This document shows, one piece after another, positions 51,487 through 62,045 of a stretch of 64,000 bases of DNA. This DNA comes from Scenedesmus sp. PABB004 (taxonomy: Eukaryota). Location: assembly GCA_014905635.1 (NCBI GenBank), contig JABVCE010000013.1, positions 558,001 to 622,000 of the forward strand, in the 5' to 3' direction. Every line of letters begins with the position of its first letter. Within the stretch, counting starts at the first letter, position 1. The notes under the pieces are model-generated. The model searched no databases, was not told the DNA's origin, and worked only from the letters and a program-made list of their open reading frames with translations. Made by a program: the position numbers and the translations under genes.

Positions 51487-52310
51487 TCACGCCTCGAGCG
51501 GCGCGGCCTGGCCGTCGCCGCCGCTGCTGCGCGACTCGCACACCTCGTCCTGCGGGCGGCGGCGGGCGCCGTGCAGGGCCAGCGCTGGCACAGCGCAGCG
51601 GGGCGGCGTGCGGCGCAGCCCGCGCCCCCGGCGGCCGCGCGCGCACCAGGATGCTGCGCGGGCGGGGCTCGCCCCAGGCGCGGCGAGGCGAGCGGTGGAT
51701 GTAGATGCTGCGGCAGTCGGCGGCGGTCGGCGCACGCTGCGCGCGGTTGGCGGCGGGCGGCGCGCGCTGCGCCCGCGCGGCCGCTCACTTGGCAAAGTGC
51801 TGCACGCCGGCGCGCCCTTGGCCACCCTGGCGGTGCCGCGGCGCGTGAGCGGCGCGCGCGGCGGCGGCGCTCGCGCGCGGCGCGCCGCGCTCACGTCTTC
51901 GCGCGGCCTCGCGCCATCTTGGGCAGCGGCCGCGCCAGCGCCCAGGGCGGCCGCACGCCGTACGCGGCGCGCGGCGCGGCGCCCGGCTCGGCGCCGGCGC
52001 GCCCCTCCTCCTCCGCGGGGGGCAGCGCCACGGCGTCGCCGCGCGTCGCGAGCCCGCCCGAGGGCGCCTTGACGGTGGTCGTGAAGGCGGGGCGCGCCTG
52101 GCCGCCGCGCGGCGCGTCCTCTGCGGGCGCCGGCGAGCCCTCCTCCCGCGCCTGCGCCGGCTCGGCGTCGGGCGTGCCCGGCCCCTGGTCGCGCTCGTGC
52201 ACGCGCGCCGTGTCCGGCGGCGCGGCCTTGGCGTCGCCCGCGGCGCCCTTGCTGCTGGGCGCCACGGCCTCGGCCGCGTCGCCCACCGCCTGCGCGATCG
52301 CGGAGAGCAT
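51487..52310 (-). CDS. Hypothetical protein; spliced; possible 1-nt frameshift near 51815
   Basis: MLSAIAQAVGDAAEAV...KMARGRAKT, then GTGAGC/GTGCGC donors and exons reading VQHFANIYIHRSPRRAWGEPRPRSIL-DEVCESR...LEA*. Confidence 0.45.
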
Positions 52311-52487
52311 TGTCGCTGCGGCGGCGGAGGGCGAGCGAGCGTGGGCAGCGCCGGCACGCGGGGGCGAGCGAGGGCGGCAGCGCGGGGGGGGGGGGGGGGG
52401 GGGGCGGGTCGGGGCGAGCGAGTGCAGGGGCGGGGGTGGAGAGGCAGCCTGCAGGTGGGTGCGGCGCGGCCACATGTGCCTCTCAGG

Positions 52488-52654
52488 AAACTCGGCGATT
52501 TTGGCCGAGTTTCACGTTCGCGAATCACGGCGCGCGCCGCCGTGTTTCCCTGAATCTCGGCAATCCCCGCCGCGTTTCGTGGCCTGCCGGCGCGCCTGCA
52601 GCGCCGGCCGCGGCCCCGAATCGGCGCCCCGCGCGCCCCCCGCGCTGCACAGCG
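52488..52654 (+). repeat. Left inverted repeat (167 bp)
   Basis: AAACTCGGCGATTTTGGCCGAGTTTCACG...CGCGCTGCACAGCG. Confidence 0.95.
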
Positions 52655-53031
52655 TCAGCGGCGGGCCCTCCCGACGCAAAGTCGTCCCCGCCGCCCGGAG
52701 AGCGGCAGCCCGCGCCCCCTGCGCCTCTGGGCGGCCGCAGCAGCAGCCCGGATCAGCTGGAATCAGCGCCCCGGCCCTCCCGCGCGCCGCCCGCGCTGCA
52801 CAGCGTCAGCGGCGGGCCCTCCCGACGCAAAGTCGTCCCCGCCGCCCGGAGAGCGGCAGCCCGCGCCCCCTGCGCCTCTGGGCGGCCGCAGCAGCAGCCC
52901 GGATCAGCTGGAATCAGCGCCCCGGCCCTCCCGCGCGCCGCCCGCGCTGCACAGCGTCAGCGGCGGGCCCTCCCGACGCAAAGTCGTCCCCGCCGCCCGG
53001 AGAGCGGCAGCCCGCGCCCCCTGCGCCTCTG
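52641..53031 (+). repeat. 151-bp tandem repeat, ~2.6 copies
   Basis: Units start at 52641, 52792 and 52943 (CGCGCTGCACAGCGTCAGCGGCGGGCCCTCCCGACGCAAAG...). Confidence 0.95.
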
Positions 53032-53091
53032 AGCCGCACAGCAGCGGCAGCAGCGGCGGCAGCAGTTGCGGCAGCAGCTCGGGCGCCTGAG

Positions 53092-55457
53092 ATGGAGGCT
53101 CCAAAGGAGGAGCCACCAAGCTCGCCACGCACGGCTGGCGAGGCCAACAGCAGCCGCCAGCGCGCAAGCAAGCACCGGCGGCAGATCGGCCTGTCCCTTG
53201 CGCAGTGGAAGAAGGCGGCGCGCGCCCTGCGCTTGGACCTGCCGGAGCAGCTGCTGGCTGGCGTGACCATGCTGTGCGTGCTGAACGCATGCCTGCTGGC
53301 CCTACACGGGCTGGGCCTGGGCGACGAACAGCTGGCGACGTTCTCTAGGCCTGCGTGCCCGGAGCACATTCAGGTGCGCGCGCCGCTGCTGTTGTGCCGC
53401 GCGCTGCGGCCGGCTGCGGCGCGCACGCGCTGCCGCCGGCCTGCTGACAGCAGCTGCTGCTCTCGCGCCGCGCAGGTCTTTGCCGCAGCGATTGCCGCGG
53501 CGACGGCGGCGCGCTGCGCAGCCAAGGCAGGGCCAGCAGGAGACAAAGCGCAGTGCTTGAACGAAGCTGCTGTCACGGCGAGCCTGCTGCCCCTCCTGGA
53601 CATAAACATCTGGAGCATCATCAAGGTGGGCATGACCATTTGGAACGGCGAGGCAGATCGCTCCGACTGCTCGGCCCCCCCCACTGTGAAGCCGTGCCCC
53701 AAGTGCGGCACCGTCATCGCCAACGGGTGCGCGCGCGCGCGCGCAGGCGGGCGGGCGTCGCGCCGCGCCCCAGCATGCCCGCAGCGCCCACGGCGCCGCC
53801 GCGCATGCACCTCAGGGCAACAAAGTGCCCGGACTGCAAGCACGACATGGTCAAGGAGAAGCGCAAGGAACAGCGGCGACAGCATGTGGAGCAGCTCGCG
53901 GAGGACATGGGCATTCAGCTCCTGCTGGCGGGCTTGGATGGCGTCGAAGACGCGCAGCTGCCCGGATGGGGCAACCGCAAGTCTGAGTCAAATATGTGCA
54001 AGGACGCAATGGCACGATTTCACACCACGGTGAGGCGGCGCACATACGCGCGGGTGCGCGCCGGCGGGCGGGCAGGGCGGGCGCGCGCCGGCGCGCGCTC
54101 GCGGGCGGGCGGGCGTATGTGCGCTGCCTCACCGTGGTGTGAAATCGTGCCATTGCGTCCTTGCACATATTTGACTCAGACTTGTGCAATTCGGAGTCAA
54201 ACATGTGCAAGGACGCAATGGCACGATTTCACACCACAGTGAGGCATCGCACATGCGCGCGCCGGCAGGCGGGCAGGGCGGGCGCGCGCCAGCGGCCGGG
54301 TGGGCGGCACACCCGGCTGGGCGCGCGGCGCTGCGCGGCGCCCGCCAACCGCCAACCGCCCTGCCCTGCCCCACAGCTGGCCCTCTTTGACGTGTCCATC
54401 CACACCCGCATTGTCGTGCTTTCCAAGAAGGCCGACACTTGGGATGAACACACGCCCCTGTTTACCACGACTGGCGAGTCCGTCGCGCTGGTGTCCGACC
54501 TCGCCATTCCCCAGTTTGGCTACGAGTCAAAAACCAGACGCGTGTATGTGGTGTCGTTCGTGGGCATTGGCCCGGGGGCGTACAGCCACCTCAAGCAGCT
54601 CCCCGGATACGCTGAGATCGTCAAGGCACAGGTCGCCTTGTCACAGCGCGCCGCACAGGTGCACCTGCAGTTCCTGGAGGCCAGCGCGGGCGGCGGCGGC
54701 GAGGGCGGCAGCGGCGAGGCGGACGACGGGCAGCGCGGCGAGGTGCGCGGGGCAGCGCCCGCTCGCCGGGCCGGGTCGATGCGGCGCGCGGCGCGCGGCG
54801 CTGGCACCGCCGCTGAGCTCAGACCGAGCCCTCCGCCGCGCGCCGCAGGAGAGCGCGCCGCGGGCCGAGGCCGCGGCGCCAGACCGGCCCCCCGCCACGG
54901 CCGCTGGCACGGGCAGCATGGACGTGGACGGCTACATGATGATGCACGCTCCGCCCGGGCCTGATGTGCCAAGGACTCACCGCCCGGTGGAGCGCTTCAT
55001 CGAGGAGCGGGACGACGCGCTGCTCGGCCAGCTCAGCGTGCTTGGGCAGGAGGAAAAGTGGAGCGGCATCATGGTGTTTCGGTCCGTGCGCCGCGGCCTG
55101 CAGGAGCTGCCGCAGGTGGTCGAGGTGGACCGCGGCGTGTATGAGAGAGATGCGCGCAGCGCGTGTGTCCTCCTGTCGCACGCCGAGACCGAGTGCCTGA
55201 GCAAGGGCGGCATCGCCGGTGTGGTCGTCAGCACCACCTACCTGGACGTCGTGGTGCGCACGGTGAGCCATCCGCGCCCGCGTGCGCCGCCCTTGCTCCT
55301 GCCGCAGCCGGCCGCGCTGTGCAGCGCGGGGGGCGCGCGGGGCGCCGATTCGGGGCCGCGGCCGGCGCTGCAGGCGCGCCGGCAGGCCACGAAACGCGGC
55401 GGGGATTGCCGAGATTCAGGGAAACACGGCGGCGCGCGCCGTGATTCGCGAACGTGA
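53092..55457 (+). CDS. Element-encoded hypothetical protein with a CxxC-CxxC zinc ribbon; exons 53092-53373, 53476-53726, 53816-54029, 54377-54742, 54849-55262 (or read-through to 55457); probably 3'-truncated
   Basis: Four GT-AG introns keep the frame; KPCPKCGTVIANGATKCPDCKHDM. A final GTGAGC donor at 55263 runs into the right inverted repeat. Confidence 0.7.
53978..54290. repeat. Direct-inverted-direct triplication: arms 53978-54049 and 54113-54184 (inverted), diverged third copy from 54187
   Basis: CAAGTCTGAGTCAAATATGTGCAAGGACGCAATGGCACGATTTCACACCACGGTGAGGC... is followed by its reverse complement and then by a diverged direct copy. Confidence 0.95.
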
Positions 55458-55481
55458 AACTCGGCCAAAATCGCCGAGTTT
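55315..55481 (-). repeat. Right inverted repeat (167 bp)
   Basis: Reverse complement of 52488-52654. Confidence 0.95.
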
Positions 55482-55709
55482 GGGACGAGGCAGGGTTGGG
55501 CGCGGCAAAGGCGCTATGACGCACGCGACGCGGCCGCCGCACTTCCCGCCGCCACCAGCACGCACTCCCGCGACTCTCGACCCGCCCCATCGCCCCCAGC
55601 TCGCGCCTCAGGTGCGCGCCGCCGCTGCCGCGCGACGCGTCGCCGCCGCCCGCCACGCGCCGCCGCCGCCGACGCGGCCGCCTGCGATCGCCCGCAGCGC
55701 CCTCCAGAC

Positions 55710-56369
55710 ATGGCCGCCCACCTCCCCCGCGCCCTGGCGGGCGCGGGGCCGCGCGGGCAGCTGATGGCCGCCGCCGCGTCCGCCATGACCGCGCAGCACG
55801 CCCCGCGCCCCGCCCGCGGCCTCGCGTCGCGCCCGACCGTCGCGATGGTGGGCTCCAACGTCTCTGACAACGACCCGGGCGTGCTGGAGGCGGAGAAGCA
55901 GCGCAACCTCGAGGGCCGCGCCGCCGAGGTCATCCCAGGCGCCCCGGGGCACAACCCCGCGCTCGCCAGCGAGTCCGAGGCCGTGGTGAGCCGCGCGGCG
56001 CAGCGCGCGCGGCCGCCACGCAGCCGTGCCAGCCGCCGCGCGGCCGCCGACCCGCCGCCCACGCGCGCCCGGCGCAGGTCGCGGCGGAGCGCGCGCCGTC
56101 GCTGAGCATGGAGGAGCTGCAGGAGCACAGCGTCAAGGTCATCCAGGTGCGGCCGCGGCAGCCTCAGCGCGCCGCTGCCGCCGCGCGGCGCTGCGCGATT
56201 GCGCTCGCGACGCGCTGTGCCGCCGCCGCCGCCCGCGCAGCACCTGCACCACGGCGCGCCGCCGCCCACGGACGAGGCGGCGGCGCACGACCCCAGCGGC
56301 GCGCCGGCGATCCAGGAGAACATGGCGCGCAGCGCCGACACGCTCAAGGACGCGCACAGCCCGCTGTGA
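55710..56369 (+). CDS. Small conserved hypothetical protein, probably mitochondrial; 3 exons
   Basis: Presequence-like N-terminus; GSNVSDNDPGVLEAEKQRNL...APGHNPALASESEAV-VAAER...MEELQEHSVKVIQ. Confidence 0.75.
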
Positions 56370-56919
56370 GCCCGCGCGCGCGGCGGCGACGCTCCAACCA
56401 GATGACGGGGGGCTCTCTTGCAGAGCCAATTGAGGCCGCGGCGGCGCGGCTCCCCTCGGCAGTGGCGGCGCCGCGCTGCGGCGGGCCCGGGGTCGCGCGC
56501 GCGGGGCCTTGGCTGCGTGCGATCGCGAGCGTTGCGCGCGCCTGCGTGATACAACATTGGTGCTGCTTGACCGCCCACGCCCAGCTGCACTAGGCCCTGC
56601 ATCGGCGGCGTCCACGGCCGGCGGGCGCGAGAGTTGGGCCGTTTCACCGGCCGCGCCATGCGGCGCTGCAACACGCAGGACCTCCCCTCGCGGCTTGAGC
56701 CCGGGCCAGGCTGGAGAGGCTCGGCGGCCCAGCAGCGCAGTCCTGCAGCAGCGATCACCCGCGCGCGCCGCGCGCCGACGACACCCAGAGCGCCCAGCCC
56801 AGCCCGCCCAATTTGGTCAAGTGCGCAGTGCGCAGTGCGCAGTGCCGAGCTCGCTCGCAGCGCTGCGCGGGGGATTGGTTTGGCCCGCCCTCGCCCTGTT
56901 GAATTGCGCGACGCCGCAG

Positions 56920-59044
56920 CTACGCCGGCGCCAGCTGCTTGCCGCCGCCGCCGTCGCCGCCTGCCGGCTGCTGCTGCTGCTGCTGCGCCGCCGTCGCCGC
57001 CGCCGCCGCCGCCGGCTGCTGCGGTGCCGCCGTGTACCAGACGATGCCTGCCATGGCGCACACGAGGCCTGCGAGCTTCTTGGGCGCGATCGCGTCGCCG
57101 AAGAAGACCACGCCCGACGCGACGATGAACACCGTCTTCAAATGCCCGACCACGTTGTACGTGAGCGGGCTCGTCGCGCCTGGTGGCGCGCGCCGCGGGT
57201 CGGCGACCGCGGGTCGGCGCGGGTGGGCGGGCGGGGCCGCGTGGCGGCGCCGGCCCGACGACCGCGCCGGCGCGCGCGCAGCTGCCGGCGGGCGGCGCGC
57301 CCGGGCGGCTGCCGGCGGCGCGCACCGATGAAGAGGTAAGTGGACAGCGTGACGACGAGGCCGAGGCACGACGACAGCAGGATCCAGGCGGCGGCGCCGC
57401 GGGAGAGCTCGTACCCGAGCACCGTCCCCGGCCCGCCGCCCCGGAGACCGAGCGGCTCGACAGCGGGCACGAGCGCGGCGAGCAGGGCCACCGCGACGGG
57501 CGCGACCTGGTGCAGCAGCTGGTTGCCGTTGACGCCCAGCTCGGCCTGCTTGCGCCCCGCCCAGACCTGGTACAGCGCGCTCGCGAGCACCGCCGCGCCC
57601 GCGACGAGCACGCCGAGCGGGTTGGCCGACACCTGGCGCGGGCGGGTGCGCGGCGGCGGCGGCGGCGGCGTGAGGGCGGGCGGCGCGGGCGGCGCGGGCG
57701 GCGCGGCCAAAGCGCGGCGCGGCCAACGCGCGGCGCGGCCGACGCGCGGCGGGCGCGCGCGCCTGCGCGTCGCTGACGGTCGCGACGGCGATGCCGAGCA
57801 GCAGCAGCGCGATCGCGGCGAGCTTGGGCCCCGACACGGTCTTGCGGTACGCGACGTACTCGACGCCCACGACGACGGGCGTGATGGCAATCTTGCTGAT
57901 CTGGTAAAAACCCACCGGGTTGACCTGGCGTGAGCGAGCGCGCGTGCGTTGTTGGCGTGATGCGAGTGGGGGGCGAGCGCGAGGCGCGGTCTGCGCAGAG
58001 CTGGGCGCCCGGCCTGCGCAGAGCCGCGGCGCCGCGGCGCGGCGCCGGGCGCCCGCCCGGGTCGACACAGGCGCGGCGGCGCGCCTGGATTGAGAGGTTG
58101 TTGAACACCACGAAGCCAACGTACGCAGCCGCGACCGGCAGCGTGCGCCGCAGCGGGAGGCGCTTCGGCGTGAACAGCCCCCCGCGCGTCATTGCCGCCA
58201 TGCCGAGCGCGGTCACGACGCTGCGGGCGCGGCGCGCGCGCGGACGGGCGGGCCGCGAGTGGGGCGGGCGCGCGGGCGCGCGGCGGGCGCGCGGCGGGCG
58301 CGCGCCGTGCGCGCGCCGGGCGGGCGGCGGCGGCGGCGGGCGCGCTGCGCGGCTCGCCTGTGGCAGAGCGTGAGCGCGACGGGGAAGGAGAAGCGATAGG
58401 TGCTCATCACCACCTGGGGGGTGGTGGGCCGGGGGCGCGGGGCGCGGTCAAGTGCGAGGGCGCGAGGGCGCAGCGAGGGGCGCGCGCGGCGAGCGGGGCG
58501 GGCGCGGCGCGCGGGGCGCGCTGGCGCCGGCGCCGCTCCGCAGCCGCGGCGGCGGTGCAGCGCCCCCCGCCCCGCGCGCCTTGTTGGCGCAGACGATGGC
58601 CACGACGCTGCTCAGGTTGGCGAGGCCTGCGGCGGCGCGCCGGCCGCGGCGGGCGCGGGGCCTCTGCTCGCCCCGAGCCGCCGCGCGCGCCGGCGGGCAG
58701 CGCCTGGCCGGTCCGCGCGCACCCAGCGACCCCGCCGACCGCGCGCGCAGCCCCGGGGGGGGGGGCGCAGCGCACGCACCGTAAACGATCGCTGGCAGCA
58801 GCTGGCGCACGCCCGCGCTGCTGAGCACCGGCGCCGCCGCCGCCCTGGCCTTGCCGCCGGCGCCGCCGAGCAGCGCGGCGTCCTCGCCGTCGCCGCCCTC
58901 GCCCGACGGCGGGTGGTGGGCCGCCGCCATGCCCGCCGCGGCGCCGGGCGCGCCGCCGCTGCTGCTGTCGCGCGCCCCGCTGCCGTGTCGGCGAAGCTTG
59001 GCGTGGTGGGCGAGCGCTTCGCTGGCGCGCAGCTCCAGGAGCAT
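56920..59044 (-). CDS. Nucleotide-sugar transporter (TPT/SLC35E3, URGT/UXT-like); 7 exons; alternative start 58930
   Basis: SSVVAIVCANK, FSFPVALTLCH, NNLSIQVNPVGFYQISKIAITP, GATSPLTYNVVGHLKT. Confidence 0.93.
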
Positions 59045-59338
59045 GCTACGCGACGGTGGGCCCCGGGCTCGGCACGGCGCGCGAGCGGCGGCGGGCGCAA
59101 CCGACCGCTGCTGCTGTGCCTCGCTGGCTGTCGAACCGGCCGCGAGGCGGGCGACCAGCCGCCTGGGGAGATGCAGCGGCGGACTGGCCCGCCGGTCGCG
59201 AGGCCCGGCGGCGCGGCGGTGCGGCGAGCCAGCTGACGGGGCGTCACGACGGCGGGACAAACGCACCTGCTGTCAGCGCGCCCGCCCGCCGCCCACACTC
59301 GCGCGCGATGCAGGACGCCCGCGGCGGCGCGGCGAGCG

Positions 59339-61287
59339 ATGCAGGACGGACCCGCCGCCGTGCGCGCGAGCGTGGCCTGGGTCGTCAGCCAGGCGGGGAG
59401 CGTGCAGATCGACGCGGCGGCCGCGGCGGCGGCGGCGGCGCGCGTCGCGGCGAGCGCCGGCGCCGCCGGAGCCGGCTTCGACACAGGCGAGTCGATCTCA
59501 GCGGCATCAGCGGCAGCAGCGGCACCGGCGGCCGCCGGCTGCAGCGGCAGCGGCGGCAGCGCGAGCGCCGCTGCCACCGCCGCTGCCACCGCGCGCAGCG
59601 CTGCACTTTTTCGACGGCGGGCCCCTGACGGCGCAGTACCTGCTCGTCGTGGACGCGCTGAACTTCTGCTTCTGGCCCGACGGCGAGCTTGAGTACGAGC
59701 ACCTTGCCCGCGGCGTCAAGGTGCGCGGCGCCGCAGCGCGTGTGCGGCCGCGATCGGGACGAACGCATGGACGCACGCGGCAGGCTGACGGCGCCGCGCC
59801 TCGTGCGCCGCGCCGCGGCGCAACCCAGGAGAGCGTGCTGTCCGACCCGCGCTGCATCTCCGCGGCGGCGCTCGCGGGCATCGACGGCGCGGGCGTGCGC
59901 GCGCTCGTGCGCTGGCGGCGCGACCTGCCGGAGCAGGACGAGCGCGCGCGGCTGCTGCGCGAGGTGCGGCGGCGCGGGGCGCGGGCTGGGCGCCCGCGGC
60001 GGTGCCCGCTCGACGCCGCGGGGCCAGCCCGGCCCCCGCGCCCGCAGGTCGGCGACGCGCTGCTGCGCCACTACGGCGGCGAGGCGGCGGCGCTCGTGCG
60101 CGCAGCGGGCGGCTCGGCGGCGGAGCTGGTGCGGCTGCTGGCGGCGCGCTGCCCGGGCTTCCGGGACTCTGCAGTCTACCGGGGCCGCCAAGTCTTTTTC
60201 TACAAGCGAGCCCAGATCTTCTGTGCCGACCTGTTTGGGGCGTTTGGGGGCCAGGGGCTCGGCAGGTGCGCGCCGGCGCGCGGCGGTGGGGCTGACGCGG
60301 CGGCGTGGCGCAGCGCGCACACACGCGTGAGAACCGCACCACAACCTCCACTGCACTGGCTCATCCAGCCCAGGCCGTGGCATGGCGGTGCGCAGAGCGA
60401 CCCCCGCGGCCGCCCGCGCCCCTTTGTTGTTCCCTGCCGGCCGCGCCAGTGCCGGCTGGGGCGGGCGGGGCCGACAGACGCGCGCGCACCCTCCCTCGCC
60501 CGCCCTCCCTCGCCCTCCCTCGCCCTCCCTCGCCCTCCCTTGCCCGCCCGCCTGCACCTCCTGACCAGCGCCGCCGCCGCGGCACCGCCCGCGGCCGCTG
60601 CCGCCGCCGCCGCCGCCGCCGCCTCCTCAGCTTCCATGACATCCACGAGCTCACAATGTGCGCGCCCGCGCCGCGCCCTGCTGCGCCGGGCGGCCCTGCT
60701 GCGCCGGGCGGCCCTGCTGCGCCGGGCGGCCCCGCTGCGCCGGGCGGCCCGCGCGCCGCGCGCCCCCCTGTGCCTGACGCGCGCCGTCCGCCGCCGCCCA
60801 GGTTTGCTGACTACCGGGTGCCGGTCGTGCTGCGCCTGCTGGGCGTGCTGCGCTACGGCCCCGCGCTCGCGGCGCAGGTGGGCGTGCTGCGCGCCTCGTG
60901 TGCTGCGCCTGCTGGGCGTGCTGGGGAGCAGCAGCACGCAGCACGACCAGCCTCGCGCTCGCGGCGCAGGTGGACGGCCGGCAGGAGCTGCCCGCGGGCT
61001 GCGAGGCGGAGCTGGAGATCCGCGCCGCGTCGGTCGTGGCGGTGGAGATGATCAAGGGCGCCGCCAACGCCGCCCTCGCGGCGGCGCGGGCGGGCGAAGA
61101 GCAGGAGCAGCAGCGGCAGGGGGAGCAGCAGCGGCAGGGGGAGCAGCAGCGGCAGGGCGAGCAGCAGCAGCAGGGCAAGGCGGGGGAGCTGCTGAGCTTG
61201 CACGTCGACTGGTTTCTGTGGGGCGAGGGCGAGCGCATGCGCGACCAGCACCCCCCGCACCACCGCGTCCGGACCATCTTCTATTGA
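59339..61287 (+). CDS. QNG1: Queuosine salvage protein (queuosine 5'-phosphate N-glycosylase, DUF2419); spliced
   Basis: QYLLVVDALNFCFWP, PGFRDSAVYRGRQVFFYKRAQIFCADL, ELTMFADYRVP, ELEIRAASV, DWFLW, PHHRVRTIFY*. Confidence 0.96.
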
Positions 61288-61461
61288 GCGCTGTGACGCT
61301 GCGCCGCGGCTGCAGTGTTTACAGTCCAGCGCCGGCCCGGCGCACGTGCGGCGGCGCCGTCAGCCGTCGGCCCCAATCGGGCCGCCCTCGCCCCCGCCCC
61401 CGCCAGCTCCCCTCCGCTCGTGCTGGTTATTGGGTCGTCGCCGCCGTCACGAAGTGGGCGT

Positions 61462-61466
61462 TGTAA
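61462..61466 (+). terminator. Putative TGTAA poly(A) signal of QNG1
   Basis: TGTAA ~175 nt after the QNG1 stop. Confidence 0.5.
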
Positions 61467-62045
61467 GCAACCTGTTTGTGCAAGCGGGGCAGCGCACGCC
61501 TCGGCCAGACGGGACGCACACCGTTGCGTTCAGCTGGGCGTGGGCCAGCCTGGGCCAGAGATCAACGGGGGGCAACGTCGGCACACCACGTGCGCGCGCA
61601 CACGAATAGCAGGGCAGAACACACACACACACGCTCCGAGCGCAGGGTTGGGTTGGCTGCAGATAGGTCCCAAGCAAATGGGCACGCGCGTGCGTGCGCC
61701 GCGATCACTCCTCGCCCGGCGCCGGTGGCGGCGGGCAGCCGAGCGGGCACGCGCCCGCGGCGGGTGTTGGGTTGCGCTCCCTCTCCTCCTCCTCCGAGGC
61801 GCCGCTGCAGGCCCGGGCGCGCGCCAGCCAAGTGGCGGCCGGCCCGGCAACGGCCGTCGCAGCCCCCGCGGTGCGCCTGCAAGCGATGCAGACCGCAACA
61901 GATCCCCGCTCCCCCTCGCCGCACCACAAACCAGGCCGCCGCCGCCGCCGCCGCGGCCTTCTACTATACTAGATCCGCGGCGCCGGCGCCGGCGGGGCGC
62001 GCGGCACGCGCAGCACGCGCGGCGCGTGGCGCGCGCGGCGCGCGC

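Larger units (their letters stand above)
52488..55481. mobile_element. Putative DNA transposon derivative bounded by 167-bp terminal inverted repeats; no recognisable transposase
   Basis: 52488-52654 is the reverse complement of 55315-55481. It has a subterminal tandem array and an internal gene with less extreme GC3. No clear target-site duplication. Confidence 0.75.

Noticed and set aside
52641..53031. 151-bp repeat array as a CRISPR array
   Set aside because: Units are contiguous and near-identical with no unique spacers, no cas genes are present, and the context is eukaryotic.
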